From Eledone cirrhosa (taxonomy: Eukaryota): 64,000 bases of DNA. Positions 30,201 to 43,047 of the stretch are shown here, one piece after another (the stretch's first letter is position 1; each line of letters begins with the position of its first letter). The translations under genes and the position numbers were made by a program. The stretch is from assembly GCA_964016885.1 (NCBI GenBank), contig OZ024740.1, positions 282,782,001 through 282,846,000 on the forward strand, read 5' to 3'. The notes under the pieces were generated by a model, which worked only from the letters and a program-made list of their open reading frames with translations, was not told where the DNA came from and did not search any database.

Positions 30201-30394
30201 TTTTTGTAGATGGCAAATTTTGGTGGTAACTTTAGGATTTGTTGTTCTTGTTCACTGATTAAAGTGTTCCCATAGATATTTACTGTGTGGTCATTGGTAA
30301 ATTCTTCCGGTAGTTTTACATCACTCATACGGATGTTGTCGATGTTATCTGGGTATTTTTGAGAATATTCGATTTTCCTTTTTTTCTTATTCAT
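27236..30394 (-). CDS. PLE polyprotein: Asn-rich N-terminal region, reverse transcriptase, Cys-rich linker, C-terminal GIY-YIG endonuclease; probably 5' truncated at the inversion junction
   Basis: PTDKSG, PLYGLRKDHK, RPVCG, MDVVSLYPSI, QNEGAAIG, YSRYVDD, LPVLD, CTNRKCIIC, NVVYSIRC...YIGETARSIGERIDQH. The first ~30 aa of the ORF-track call come from the inverted arm. Confidence 0.93.
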   Translation of the reverse strand: MNKKKRKIEYSQKYPDNIDNIRMSDVKLPEEFTNDHTVNIYGNTLISEQEQQILKLPPKFAIYKKINPMECKTELEKCFTKTRWNAKVNNNNNNNNGSSNINNNSGYRNNSHNHNNGRKVRNSDNGNNTSDRQNNNNHNNNNNRNVNHRHSNSDHSSNNGNNTNNNNNNNHSGNNGNSTCSNINKNKKHNNSNNHNGRNSSNNNNNNGEVNNNTSSNHNNNNINANDRNNNNHHDNNNSNTHNYDDRNNDNPLEKLFFNPADKTYKMGNIYPTRLPFNKRVCIPQQIDDETEAQFTIARNKIRQVVDRYTMRQSRPEAQQLGIKPVEGLVSLKQRTRDGEVVCLPTDKSGRMSIDSMPNYIEAMQPHITNTSEVAQLTHDGRENILNAHMMMWTDILKPSRRTANNFQAFNNGIPPLYGLRKDHKTVDDPTTGPPTRPVCGANIASNYRISYFLSMVIRPIIKMSPDVCESTEDLLSRISECNKNRSLSNCIIGSMDVVSLYPSINIDFAVKRCVEMIIESEVEFCDVDTDELGLLLRLTYDTDYLDSHDLRCFCPSRHIRGRPPTITSMAKKTPIGRWIGWTKAIRTPQNTDQVRKMVAHAIGASIKTTLKGHIFKFNEKIYTQNEGAAIGVSIAGDVAKLFMVWWERRLKDLLNESSIDLIMYSRYVDDINIVIRTPPLESTNKFDLERSTMESIQQIANSIHQSITVTIDFPSKHPNNRLPVLDTELWINTIDERAQILHSHYAKPMASKYLILKNSAMSSSAKFNILIADLVRVMKNVSSMCDPTEMEGHIQHFINRMQFSGYNQRDRVRVYEGAMEKYKTLIELDMKGICPLYRSKSWNSLDRARHKIGKATSWYDNQRYQSVMFVDATPGGKLANQCRKALRKTHLKIKVVEKPGTTIKSLISKTYPFKKTHCTNRKCIICKVNPRINCKTRNVVYSIRCTEGTCRNTTTTYIGETARSIGERIDQHWGELKGRKNGSVLYEHARQQHDGNIDNIEIRIISKHRNDPADRQIREASEIEIRRPKLNRKNEWNNNNTQTNNTDLREV

Positions 30395-30405
30395 CCATTC
30401 TAATT

Positions 30406-30926
30406 CTAACCAGTGTAGAAAGGCCCTGAGAAAGACCCACTTAAAAATAAAGGTGGTAGAAAAGCCAGGAACCACTATAAAATCCCTGATCAGCAAAACC
30501 TACCCTTTTAAGAAAACCCACTGTACCAATAGGAAATGTATCATATGTAAGGTGAACCCCCGGATAAACTGTAAAACTAGAAACGTAGTCTATAGCATAA
30601 GATGTACAGAGGGTACTTGCAGAAACACGACAACAACATACATAGGTGAGACAGCTCGTAGCATAGGTGAAAGGATAGACCAACACTGGGGGGAACTAAA
30701 AGGACGAAAAAACGGGTCAGTACTATACGAACATGCTAGACAACAACATGACGGTAACATAGACAACATAGAAATTAGAATAATATCTAAACATAGGAAT
30801 GACCCAGCAGATAGGCAAATCAGAGAGGCCAGTGAAATAGAAATTAGAAGACCAAAGCTAAACAGAAAGAATGAGTGGAACAACAACAACACCCAAACAA
30901 ACAACACTGACTTAAGAGAAGTATAA
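30406..30926 (+). pseudogene. Inverted duplicate of the GIY-YIG coding segment of the same PLE
   Basis: Translation matches the C-terminus of the 27236 ORF. Confidence 0.9.
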
Positions 30927-31195
30927 ATAAATAAGTAAATTAAATAAAATAAAATAAGATAAATAAATACATACACAAGCACATAAACACACACTAGTCA
31001 CCCAGCAGACACAACACTATACACACTAGTCACACATCACACATAACACTATACACACACGCAAACGCATGCGCAAAGAAGACAAAATAAAATAAGATAA
31101 ACAAACAAGCAAATAAATAAATAAATATATAGACAGACTGAACAAAAAAAAAATGGCGTAGACATACAACACAACAGGAGGAACAATGAATATAA

Positions 31196-31236
31196 CACCA
31201 CTGACGATGTTGCAGATGTGCAACGAAAGATTTATG
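31196..31236 (+). ncRNA. Hammerhead-like core in the family C pLTR (stems I and III imperfect); mirror copy at ~26925-26965 on the minus strand
   Basis: CTGACGA t gttgca gatg tgcaac GAAA; homolog at 62586-62626. Confidence 0.5.
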
Positions 31237-31513
31237 TAAATTATGTAAACTATATATATATGTGTTTGTCTATATTGTATCTGTATTATTTTTGACCGCC
31301 GGTCAGTCAATGGCAACATTGAGGACCGAGTAAGTTAGATCGCAGATATATATATATAAAAGACAGCGAGAAGCGAAAACCAACCAAACAGTGAGTGTGT
31401 TCTGTTATTAATTCTGGCAATATTACGCAAATATGACCCTCCCCAAGTATAACAATATCTGTTTCGACACACGATTTCATATAAAAAACCTCGCAAAACT
31501 AATTCATCGCCGC

Positions 31514-31537
<24 letters not shown>

Positions 31538-31546
<9 letters not shown>

Positions 31547-31658
31547 TGAGATTCTACAGGACTAGAACTGGAATCTCATCTATATTAATACTTTTATACT
31601 CTGCTATGTATTGAGTACCTTACTTACTGTGGTTACCTCCGATTCAACCCGGAATAAC

Positions 31659-31660
<2 letters not shown>
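31538..31660. mobile_element. Minimal fold-back element, family H, with tail
   Basis: aatatagatgagattc...gaatctcatctatatt; the left arm matches 33710-33741 and the tail matches 51553-51619. Confidence 0.7.
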
Positions 31661-31735
<75 letters not shown>

Positions 31736-31790
31736 CATATGTCTGTGTATATACGTGTATATATATATATATATATACACTATATACACA

Positions 31791-31866
<76 letters not shown>

Positions 31867-32289
31867 GAGAGAGAGATAGATAAATAAAGATTTATATATA
31901 GCGTAAACCCTATTCAGCCATCCATAGCGCCTACAACAATCCCGATTGTCGATCAATAATACATTGATAAATGAAGCTGTAGAAGTGTTAAATGGTTTTT
32001 TAAACCATTGCAAGGGGTTTTTGACATTGCAATATGTTCCGTCTGAATTTCCTTTCCATTTTGATCACAGCAGGGAGGCGATATGGCAATATGGCAAATT
32101 TAAATTCTCTGCAACATATTAGGATTTCTCGTAAATCAGTAAACTATGATTTTTAATGGAATCGGCAATAATCGGTGCGTTTTAAAAGCAAATAATTCAA
32201 ACTGAAGCCGAGCAACCAAATGTGTGATGGGAATCTTAAATGGCAGTTCAGCCAACTCTGTGCCATTCATTTGACTTTATATCTCAATA

Positions 32290-32403
32290 AGTATTGACAA
32301 ACACATAGACGAAATAAACGAGACCTTTATATATATATATATATATATATACACAGACACACATACACAGATATTGACAAACACATATACGAAATAAACG
32401 AGA

Positions 32404-32463
<60 letters not shown>

Positions 32464-32512
32464 GACACACATACACAGATATTGACAAACACATAGACGA
32501 AATAAACGAGAC

Positions 32513-32551
<39 letters not shown>

Positions 32552-32600
32552 GACACACATACACAGATATTGACAAACACATAGACGAAATAAACGAGAC

Positions 32601-32645
<45 letters not shown>

Positions 32646-32694
32646 GACACACATACACAGATATTGACAAACACATAGACGAAATAAACGAGAC

Positions 32695-32751
<57 letters not shown>

Positions 32752-32800
32752 GACACACATACACAGATATTGACAAACACATAGACGAAATAAACGAGAC

Positions 32801-32841
<41 letters not shown>

Positions 32842-32890
32842 GACACACATACACAGATATTGACAAACACATAGACGAAATAAACGAGAC

Positions 32891-32895
<5 letters not shown>
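32290..32895 (+). repeat. Compound minisatellite: 7 copies of a ~58-bp unit separated by variable (TA)n
   Basis: acacagacacacatacacagatattgacaaacacatagacgaaataaacgagacattta repeated. Confidence 0.92.
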
Positions 32896-32955
<60 letters not shown>

Positions 32956-33304
32956 CACATATACACAGATATATCTACACGAATTCATACATATACTACA
33001 GACGGATATATTTACACACGCACTTATACACACAGATACATATACACCCAAGCATAGACATACACATTTATACACACCTATGGACACACACAGATATGCA
33101 AATATACACACCAGCATTGACAGACAGGTAGAGACAAATATATATATATCGTCGCAGGTACAAATGTATACACATACGTGGAGACACAGACGCATGTACA
33201 TACAAGTACGGATACACATATATACGTATACACATGCATAAAGCATATACACAAAGTCGTATACTCACGTGAACGACACAAATTATGATGGGCGTATGTG
33301 CAGG

Positions 33305-33337
<33 letters not shown>

Positions 33338-33719
33338 TACACGTAACTGAATATACATATATGTATATATGTATATATGTATATTGTCCCCACAGTTGAA
33401 TAGATGTGTTATTGGTGTTGTTTAGCTCCAAGTTAGCTAAAATCAAAGTCACTCAACCAATAATTTTTTCTACTTTAGGCACAAGGCCAGCAATTAATCA
33501 GTACATTACTGGTACTTTATTTTATCGACCCCGTAAAACCAATAATCAGCCTGACTTTGTACACATACACGCATATATATATATATATAGTAATAATAAT
33601 AAATTTGATTCTTTTAGTTTCGGAAGACCCCGTTAAGGGTGAAAGCAGCGATTCTTTGCTTAAACTTTAAACTGTTATTTTAATATATATATATATATAT
33701 ATAAGTTTTAATATAGATG

Positions 33720-33770
33720 AGATTCTACAGGACTAGAACTGTTTCATTCTTTAGAAATCATCAGGAATCT
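33720..33770 (-). ncRNA. Type I hammerhead ribozyme (family H PLE end, 33703-33930)
   Basis: agattc CTGATGA tttctaaagaat GAAA cag ttctagtc ctg TA gaatct; 6-bp stem I and a true stem III. Confidence 0.82.
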
Positions 33771-33934
33771 GGGTATCAAAAAATAAATATTGTATTTATA
33801 GGTCTCTTCCGGTGGTAGGAGAGGGTGGGGAGTGGGATGGGTGTAGGTCATTGGTTGATAGAAAAGGGAATTCATTAAAAGCTAATTCTTCTAAATATAA
33901 ACTATAGCTTTGAAGAATTAGCTTTTAATGAGTT

Positions 33935-36200
33935 GATCATTGCCAATCTATCCCTAATCGGCAGTAACAAAAACCACAACCATCTCCAAACAGCTCACTT
34001 AGACTGGAATAAAGCAGACTGGAACTGGTACTGCACCGAGCTGCAACGTCCAAACTGGCTTGAGTTTTACGACTCTGGAGATGTCAACACTATACTCCAG
34101 AACATCCTGAACTCAATATGGACAGCATGTGCAGCATCAGTGCCACGTAAGCAGAAAAAACATCCCAAAAGTGCAATTTGGGAGACTGCAGCAGTCCGTC
34201 TTGCCAGAAAAGAACGTCGTAATGCTGAACGTGAGTACAAACTGCATAAATCAGATATCAATAGGAAAAAGCAAAATAAATCATCCAACCATCTCAAGCA
34301 GGTGTCAAAAAAGGCAGTGCTTGAATTTGAGCAGCGCATAGCAACCAGCCTTGACAGTAAGGTGTTCTGGAAGTATGTTTTCTCAAAGCAGAGGCCTCAT
34401 TCTCCAGTTGGTCCTCTTCGCAATCCCAACACAAGCTAGGTTACTGACCACCCCAAGGAATGCGCAGAACTATTGAAGACCAGAGTGTACCCTCTCCACA
34501 ACCTCTGACATCAGATTCTATTACAACTATGGAATTTACAGCTGAAATCCTGCGACGTCGCCTTAAAAATAAACGCAGCCATGCCTTTCCTGGTCTTGCT
34601 GGTGTTACGTACCTGCTTCTCAAACGTGGTGGGTACTTCCTTCTGCACCAGCTATCACGCTTCTTCAAATTCTGTCTCAACAACGGTGCTACTCCAGAAC
34701 AGTGGAAAACTGCCAGTGTCATTCCTCTGTTCAAAAAGGGTCTCCGCACATCACATGTGAACTATCGTCCAGTGAGCTTTACTAGCTGCATTGCCAAACT
34801 GATGGAATCCTGTGTCATAGAAACGCTTTGGAACTTCTGGAATTCTCACAGTCTTATCCGGCCTTCGCAATTTTGATTTATTCCTAACTCCAGTTGCTGT
34901 GATCAACTTACCGAGTTTCTTGAAGACGTCACCCGGATCACTGATGGCGGCTCATGGGTGGAAGATGTTTACGTTGAATTTGCTAAAGCTCTAAAATCTG
35001 TGCCACACAAAAGACTTATGGCAAAGCTCTCTGCAATGGGTGTGAATGATGATCTTTTTTAACTGGTCGAAGTCCTTCATTCTCAGTCGAAGAGAGGTAG
35101 TCACGGTTCTAGGACAGCATTTCTCACCATATGAGATGTCATCAGGTGTACCACAGAGATCTGTTCTCGGCCCCTTTTTGTTTGTGGCATATATTAATGA
35201 CATAGATACCAACTTAAAGAATGTCACAATACTGAAATATGCAGATGACATCAAGCTGTGCCTTGAGATAAAAAGGGCAGATCTTGAACACTATAGATCT
35301 TGCCTGCAATCTGATCTGGACACAATGCAACAATGGATCACGGACTGGCAACTCAAGCTGGCTGTCGACAGGTGTACCACAATGCATTTTGGCAGTAAAA
35401 TCTCAGCGTCCACATACTCCCTCCACAACACTAATATCAAGAAGTCTTCTTGTAAACGTGACCTGGGCATTACTGACAGCAGCGATTTGCGTTGGACGAA
35501 GCACGCCTCTAAAATTGTCAAGAAGACCGAGGGTCTCATAGCATCACTCAGCAAGACCTTTGTTAGTCGCTATCCAGCTATCTATTTAAAGCTGTATATA
35601 GCTATGGTGCGGCGACCCTTAGAATTTGCATCACCAGTCTGGAACCGCTATCTTGCTCAGAACATTGACCGCCTGAAAACTGTTCAGAGACGTGCAACCA
35701 AGCGAATACCCCCCATCAGGCATCTACCATACTCTGAACGCCTTACTTCCCTGGGCATGGATACATTGAAGCTCCGACGTCTGGCAACTGATTTGGTAAA
35801 CACCCACAAAATTATTAACCATCTTGCCAACAACAACCCTAAGTACCTTTTTGATTTCCATGTGTCTAACACACGTGGGCATGCCAACAAAGTTGGAAAA
35901 CAGCACAGCCCCCATGACTTTCGGAAACATATTTTCACGCTCAGAGTTGCTGAAGCATGGAACAAACTCCCGGCATCAGTTGTTAGCTGTCGAGACACTG
36001 CATCCTTTAAAACCTCCATGCTTCTTGCGGTTCACCAACACTACATCTAATACTCGCCCTCCATACACACGCACACGTGTATATCTTGACTCATACACTA
36101 TTCACTTCCCTGACATTTGTACATTATTTTATGTACTATACATGCACCTTTGATGAGTTGTAGTGCACCTAAGTACTGTACACAATCATTTCATTATTAT
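33935..36200 (+). mobile_element. 5'-truncated, frameshifted CR1-group LINE (ORF2 reverse transcriptase)
   Basis: WKTASVIPLFKKG...NYRPVSFTS, SGVPQRSVLGP, KYADDIKL, RRPLEFASPVW, VQRRATK, FTLRVAEAWNKLP; (ATT) 3' tail. Confidence 0.9.
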
Positions 36201-36428
36201 ATACCAACAACTTGAATGTGAAAATACAGTGGCATCATTAAATAACAGCGGAGGTATTTGCAATTGTAAAAATAGTTGCTCTTGCCCATCAAATAATAAC
36301 TGTCTAGACCGTAATCTAGTTTACAAATGCATTGTTAAAACAAAAGATAAGTCTTATAATTATATAGGTGCTACTTCCTCTAAATTTAAGGAAAGATGGT
36401 AAGATCACCGGCACACGTTTAAGAGAGA
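36201..36428 (+). pseudogene. PLE GIY-YIG fragment
   Basis: [24 protein letters not shown]...[13 protein letters not shown]. Confidence 0.8.
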
Positions 36429-36524
<96 letters not shown>

Positions 36525-36536
36525 TGTTATACTTTG

Positions 36537-36632
<96 letters not shown>

Positions 36633-37451
36633 TGCATTTGTGTGTACGTATATATGTAGGTCTGCTAACAAATCGGCAAGAAAGATCTTAATTTCTGTAA
36701 TTAGGCTGCTTTTCATGGTAGTGAACTGATGGATTCGTTAGAACGTCAGATGAGATGCCTTGCAGTAGCTGTCCAGGAATTTTACGTCCTGAGTTGCTCG
36801 AATTCCGCCCTTGGATATGGCCACAGCAAATTAACGGACTACAGGGTCAGAATTATGTGTTTTTTTTTAAATATTGCAAGGAGCAATAAAGGAGGATTTT
36901 GGCCGGCTACTACTGCAGCCGAACGATGGTGTGTCGGGAATGTCCAGTTGCAAGTCTAACACGATTAAAGATGATTAGTTAGAAGAGACGGAATGTGAGC
37001 GTGACTATAATTTATCAGAATAAATTCTGTGATAACTTTGTAAGTGTCAACATCTCAAGCTTTGCAATGAGAAACGTGATGGCAACTAACTGCAGTGAGT
37101 TGATTTGGCCTACGGACATCTGTAGCTCCGGCGCTAAACCTTTGAGTCGATAGAAGCCTGATAGTAGTAGCAGTATTACGACGGTGACAACAACAGCAAC
37201 AACAACAACAACAACAACAACAACTACTACTACTACTACAACCACTGCAGCAGCAGCAACAACAACAACAAAATCAAAATGACGAAGAATAAAAAATATA
37301 GCTTCGTGATAATAATTTCTCATAAAAATACATTTGAATATGACAAACTATATATCTTGTTACCTACCTCCTAACCTTCCTACCTACCAACTACTTACAT
37401 CACCTTTCTATCTCTAAATTTATGCAGTTAACTATTTATCTACTTACCGAA

Positions 37452-37558
37452 CTTTGTCGGGGGTTTTACATATTTTTACACGACTGTATGTAAAATCCCC
37501 GGCATGTGTCTTTGTATTGTCCCCTTTTCTTGTGCGCCCTTGTGGCAAATAAAGAAAT
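37452..37558 (+). mobile_element. 3' end fragment of the Tx1/L1-like LINE
   Basis: Matches 40060-40143 and is followed by (TATC)n. Confidence 0.8.
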
Positions 37559-37574
37559 ATACCTATCTACTTCA

Positions 37575-37634
<60 letters not shown>

Positions 37635-37635
37635 G

Positions 37636-40143
37636 GATGTGTGCGGGCGGCCTATCAGCAGCACTTTGCACAACTGTTCGAGCAGAGTGGCGGTGGGTCA
37701 AACGGCGAAATAGACTTCAGTTCATACCTTGACGGCCTGCCACGTCTCTCGAGCATGGACGCCGAATTCTGTGAAAGACCGATCACAGCCACTGAGATAA
37801 GGGAGGCTCTGGGCCGCTGCGGGAAACGCAAATCACCCGGTCTAGATGGTCTACCCTATGAGATTTACATAGGCATGTCGGACTTGTTCTCTGGCATCCT
37901 CGAAGCCGTCTACTCAACTGGCAGCAGAACGAGATGATTCCCAGTTCTGCAGGTAGGGGCTTAGTAACGCTGATCAGGAAAGACGAGAACAAGGGGGACG
38001 AACTAAGCAAATTTAGGCCCATAACTCTGCTCAAGACAGAGTTAAATATTTTGGCCAAGGTGTTGGCAACGAGGTTGGCGCTTGTCGTCGAGAACCTGGT
38101 AGGGAAAGCGCAAACGTGTGCCATCCCGACCAGGTCCATACATGACAACCTTCACCTCATGCGATACATCATGCAGAGGGTGGGGTGTAAACCCCGCTTC
38201 GGTGGGGCTCTTGTCAATTTAGATCAGTCTAAGGCGTTCGAAAGGGTCGATTATCGATACTTGGAAGCGGTTCTCAAGGCGGCCGGTTTCGGACCCGTCT
38301 TCGGAGGCTGGATCGCCGCAATGCACACCAACATCTGCTCGACGGTCAAGGTGAACGGCTACCTATCGGAGCCGTTCGCAATCACGCGTTCTATTCGACA
38401 GCGATGCCCTCTATCCTCCATTCTGTACGTGCTAACTCTGGAACCACTACTGCGGAAGTTGGAGCTGCTGCAGAGCATCCCGTTGGAACCGCGACTGCGA
38501 AAGCAGCGTCGGCTTATGCCGACGACATAACAGTAATGGTGTCGGAAACATCGGAAATCGGGATGATCGGCAACTTACTGCAGGCATACGAAAGGCTCAC
38601 AGGAGCAAAACTGAACCCAGACAAGTCTGTCGGTTTTCAACTCGATTTCAAACCGATGCCGTCCGACAGCGCCGTCTTACGCTGGACGGACGGACCGGTG
38701 AAATTGCTCGGGGTCTGGTTCGGTCCGGACTTCCAGGTGGAGAAAAACTGGAAGGAGGTCACGGCCAAGGTATTTGCGTTCACCCAGAAGTGGGCAGAGT
38801 GCAAACTATCCTTCAAAGGTCGAGCGGAGGTGGTGAACACTTTCATAGCGTCCGTCATCTACTACCGCTTGACCGTCGTGCCTTGTGCCCGTGAACACCT
38901 CACCAAGATGGAACACATGCTCTTCCAGTTCCTTTGGAAGAAGCAGGCTCCACTGGTGAGGAGATCCGTCTGCTGTCAGCACCCTTCCAACGGAGGGCTG
39001 GGAATGCTGTGGCTGATGATGCGCAAACATGCGCTGAGGCTACGGCATCTCCAGGTATTCCTCACCGACCAACCGGTGTGGGCACCGTTTGTGAGACAGG
39101 CCTTCCCGCAACTTGTCTCGCTGACGGAGCTGCAGTCCTGGGTCAAGCGGAGACCGAAGAAGATGGGCGCCTGGCACATTGAATGTGCTCATGCGCTCAT
39201 TTTCCACTGTCAAGCGGGCACAGCAATCAGTGGAGACTCCACTTTGACATTCTATAGAGGGTTAGTACTTTACACGGGCGACGACGTGCTCGGAGAGACT
39301 CTGGGCGTCGAAGACGACGAACTCACCAGTCTGTTTGGTAGGACTTTCCGCCCGGGACCTATGGACAACTTCTAGAGGTCCCTGGCCTGGGAGTGCTACC
39401 GAGGAGCTCTACCAGTTCGACACAAGATCCACGGGCACAGACGCCCCGGCAGGGATCTTTCCAAGAGGACGTGTCCATGATGCGAGCATGACATTGAAAC
39501 CGTCTTGCACGCAATTTTACACTGCCCGGGCGTAACTGACCTGTGGAACTACGCAGAACAACTGCTGTCGCGTGTGGGACAAATCCAGTTGACTGCCGAG
39601 TCCATAGCAAGGATCAAACCGCCAACCTCTTTCAAAAACGAAAGAGAGGCGGTTTTCCTCTGTATAGTGGCAATGGTGAAAGAGGTTATATGGTGGACGA
39701 GATTGAAAGGAGTGAGTACAGATGCCTTTCTCTCCGGACAACAACTCATTCCCTTCTTAAGGTACCACTTTAAAAGGAGAATCAGAGTGGAGAGAGAGGC
39801 ACTGCACGCCAGTAAATTTACTGAAATGTGGGTGAATGTAGCAAAAATGGCTCGAGTTATTGGGCCTTCTCTGTATATCAACTTGTAGGTTGAAGAAGAG
39901 CGCAAAAGGAAGAAACGAGCACTTGCACAACACGCTCCTGTTGTGGAGGGTTGTTCTATCTACGGTTTATTAAACAACCCATTTGTACCCCCCCCCCCTA
40001 TTAAGGATATCGATTGTTGAATTTGTTTGTTAACAAGTTTTTTTTTTTTTTTTTTTTTTTTTACACGATTGTATGTAAAATCTCCAGCATATGTCCTTGC
40101 ATTCTTCCCTTATCTTGTGCGCCCTTGTGGCAAATAAAGAAAT
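37636..40143 (+). mobile_element. 5'-truncated Tx1/L1-clade LINE (ORF2 RT and C-terminal Cys/His motif), frameshifted
   Basis: KSPGLDGLP, FRPITLL, NLDQSKAFERVD, RQRCPLS, AYADD, GGLG, CP*CEHDIETVLHAILHCP; ends ggcaaataaagaaa; flanked by (TATC)n. Confidence 0.9.
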
Positions 40144-40754
40144 ATATCTTACTAATCTATCTATCTATCCATCTATCTATTTATCTATCGATCGATCTAT
40201 ATATTTATCTATCTATTTATCTTAGGAAAAACGACACAAAGAAAAAAAATGGGAATAAGTTGGGACAATAGTCAGAGAGAATTAAAAGCGTGTGTACTTA
40301 AAACAAGGTAAACTGCTAAAAAAATGAAGGCAGGTCGTAGACAAAATATAAGCACAAAATCGTAAAACATGTCCACGATGAAAATATTTATGAAAAATGA
40401 AAAGAAAACGAAAGGAGGTAACGTTTCTAGGTAAAACGTTTATAGAAGTAGAGTAAAAGGAGAAAGAGGTAAGAATGAAATAAGAAAAGTGTCAGAGCGA
40501 TACCAAGTTAAATATATATATTTCTTACCCACACGAAGTCATCTTCCTCAGTTTAATGAAATTGTACACTCTGGCCAGCTGGGTTCGAATTTTAATAATA
40601 TGAACTTAGCTGTCCACTGAGTGAATGGGGAAACGGCCGGTGTTATGTCCGTTCTATTCGACTTGCTTCGTCTCCTAATTATATATATATATATATACGT
40701 GTGTGTATATATATGTGGATACGTATGCATACGTACATATATATATATATATAT

Positions 40755-40809
<55 letters not shown>

Positions 40810-40823
40810 TATATACACATATA

Positions 40824-40915
<92 letters not shown>

Positions 40916-41005
40916 TATATATATATGTACATATATATATATAAATATATATACTATTTAATATAGAAATAGATCTGCAGTACTAGAACTGTTTTATTTG
41001 AAGGA

Positions 41006-41097
<92 letters not shown>

Positions 41098-41104
<7 letters not shown>

Positions 41105-41826
41105 CGTAAAATAATAAAATTATAAAATTAACTTACTTACTAAAATACCACTTCCAACTAATTAGTTTCTGGAATGGAGTAAATATATTTTCCGAAGAAG
41201 ATATGGAGAAACATTCCGTCGTCAGGGAAGTCTATTCTCAGCTAAGTTTCCAGGCAAAGCGAGGACTCTGGAAACTTATTAAAAAATAATTCAGTGGATA
41301 GGAAATAGCAAAGCGTCCCTGACGACGGAATGTTTCTCTATATCTTCTTCGGAAAATATATTTACTCCATTCCAGAAACTAATTAGTTGGAAGTGATATT
41401 TTAGTAAGTAAGTTAATTTTATAATTTTCTTATTTTACGTCTCTCATATTATTGTTCTGCAACCCCATGCATTGAACCACAATGTTACTAAGACAAAACC
41501 TATATATTTGCTAGCATTGATATGCATCTGTATGTATATATATGTTACTAGATATTAATTCTTTATAATTATCTCCAAATTATTTGTCGAGCAATATTGG
41601 CCATGACTTCTGCTATGGTAGTAGGCAGGCTGCTGTCTTATTAGCAAACCACTTTCCACTGATTGACCTCGATGTCACGTGATTGATTCTTTTTGAATTT
41701 GCCACAGACGCAAAGGCAGTGATTTTCTCAATGGCTAGGAATTCAGTCCACGCTTTGCTATTTCCTATCCACTGAATTATTTTTTAATAAGTTTCCAGAG
41801 TCCTCGCTTTGCCTGGAAACTTAGCT
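41098..41826. mobile_element. Fold-back PLE end, family I (arms 41098-41228 and 41316-41447, tail to ~41560), with a second inverted segment at 41240-41316 and 41750-41826
   Basis: Inverted arms, two hammerheads, homology to 12950-13160. Confidence 0.75.
41151..41230 (-). ncRNA. Type I hammerhead ribozyme (family I; second copy at 41316-41393, plus strand)
   Basis: cttcc CTGACGA cggaatg...cattcca GAAA ctaattag TT ggaag. Confidence 0.8.
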
Positions 41827-42458
41827 CATATTTGCAGTATAAGATGTTATGTATATACGTAATTATAGATAATAATATATACTGGTCCCTAAATTGTGAG
41901 CTGATTGACAGCCAGTATTGACTGCTATTTCTAGTGGCATTCTAGGCCTCTCACATATTTACCTTTTTGGTAGATCTACGCATGCGTGCAATATTATTAT
42001 CAAAAATCTTTTAATTACAATATGCCGGGGTTCGCTGAGAGCTGGACTGTATATATATATATATATAATTTTGATAACTTTGATACGTTCCGGCCAGTAT
42101 TGGCACAGGCCATGTCTATCTTAATATTTATAATTAGATAATTCTATTGATTGGTTTATTATTTATGTTTGTTTAATAACGATCTGGTTGAGTGCTTAAT
42201 TCAGTTTGTGTACGGAACTTATTCCATTGCTCATAATTTGAATTTGACCGCCATAAACCGGGTGTTAGCTCCCTTTGGACAAACGTGTGCTCTCACAACC
42301 GGACTGGCGTCAGAACGGAAGCCTGCTGAGAAAGTATATCGTCTGTTCGATCTTACAGAACTTTAACTTGCATACACCGCAAGCGGATTTTGTAGATTTT
42401 GGATTTACAAAAACCTAATTGAGATATTGCAAAATATCGAAGTGATGGTCCAGGCTTG

Positions 42459-42508
<50 letters not shown>

Positions 42509-42617
42509 TTTTTCTTGCGAGTCATTTCTTTCGTTGCTACCGTCCCGGCGGCTGAATTACCGGTCGCTATCTTCAATTTGCGATGCTCTTTAAGCTGTAT
42601 GTTATTACTTTGCCTTT

Positions 42618-42755
<138 letters not shown>

Positions 42756-42767
42756 CGTGCGTGTGTA

Positions 42768-42809
<42 letters not shown>

Positions 42810-42986
42810 GGTTCAATAGTGAATCTTGTTATTCTGGAGTTTTCCCTGTTTAACGCAAATCCATCAGAAAATAACTAACATTCAATAGCAGACACAATAT
42901 AAATAAGGAAGACTATATATATCCATTTGTTATCTAATGTACTCATACCTATATATCTATTTTCTATCTAATATGCATACACTACG

Positions 42987-43030
<44 letters not shown>

Positions 43031-43047
<17 letters not shown>

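Larger units (their letters stand above)
26703..31514 (-). mobile_element. Young Penelope-like retroelement (family C) with an inverted 3' duplication (26703-27756 and 30406-31458) and a 56-nt tail
   Basis: Open RT-EN ORF, arms differ at only a few positions, (TA)n on both sides. Confidence 0.95.

Noticed and set aside
30395-30496. N-terminus MLIRDFIVVPG... of the 1086-aa ORF
   Set aside because: It is mostly antisense read-through from the inverted arm across the junction at ~30406.
26703-31458. DNA transposon with long TIRs, or MITEs for the short palindromes
   Set aside because: The arms are copies of the retroelement 3' end that include ORF sequence, vary in length, are asymmetric and bear hammerheads; no transposase is present.
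32290-32895. CRISPR-like repeat-spacer appearance
   Set aside because: Spacers are only (TA)n, the repeats are too long, the context is eukaryotic and there are no cas genes.
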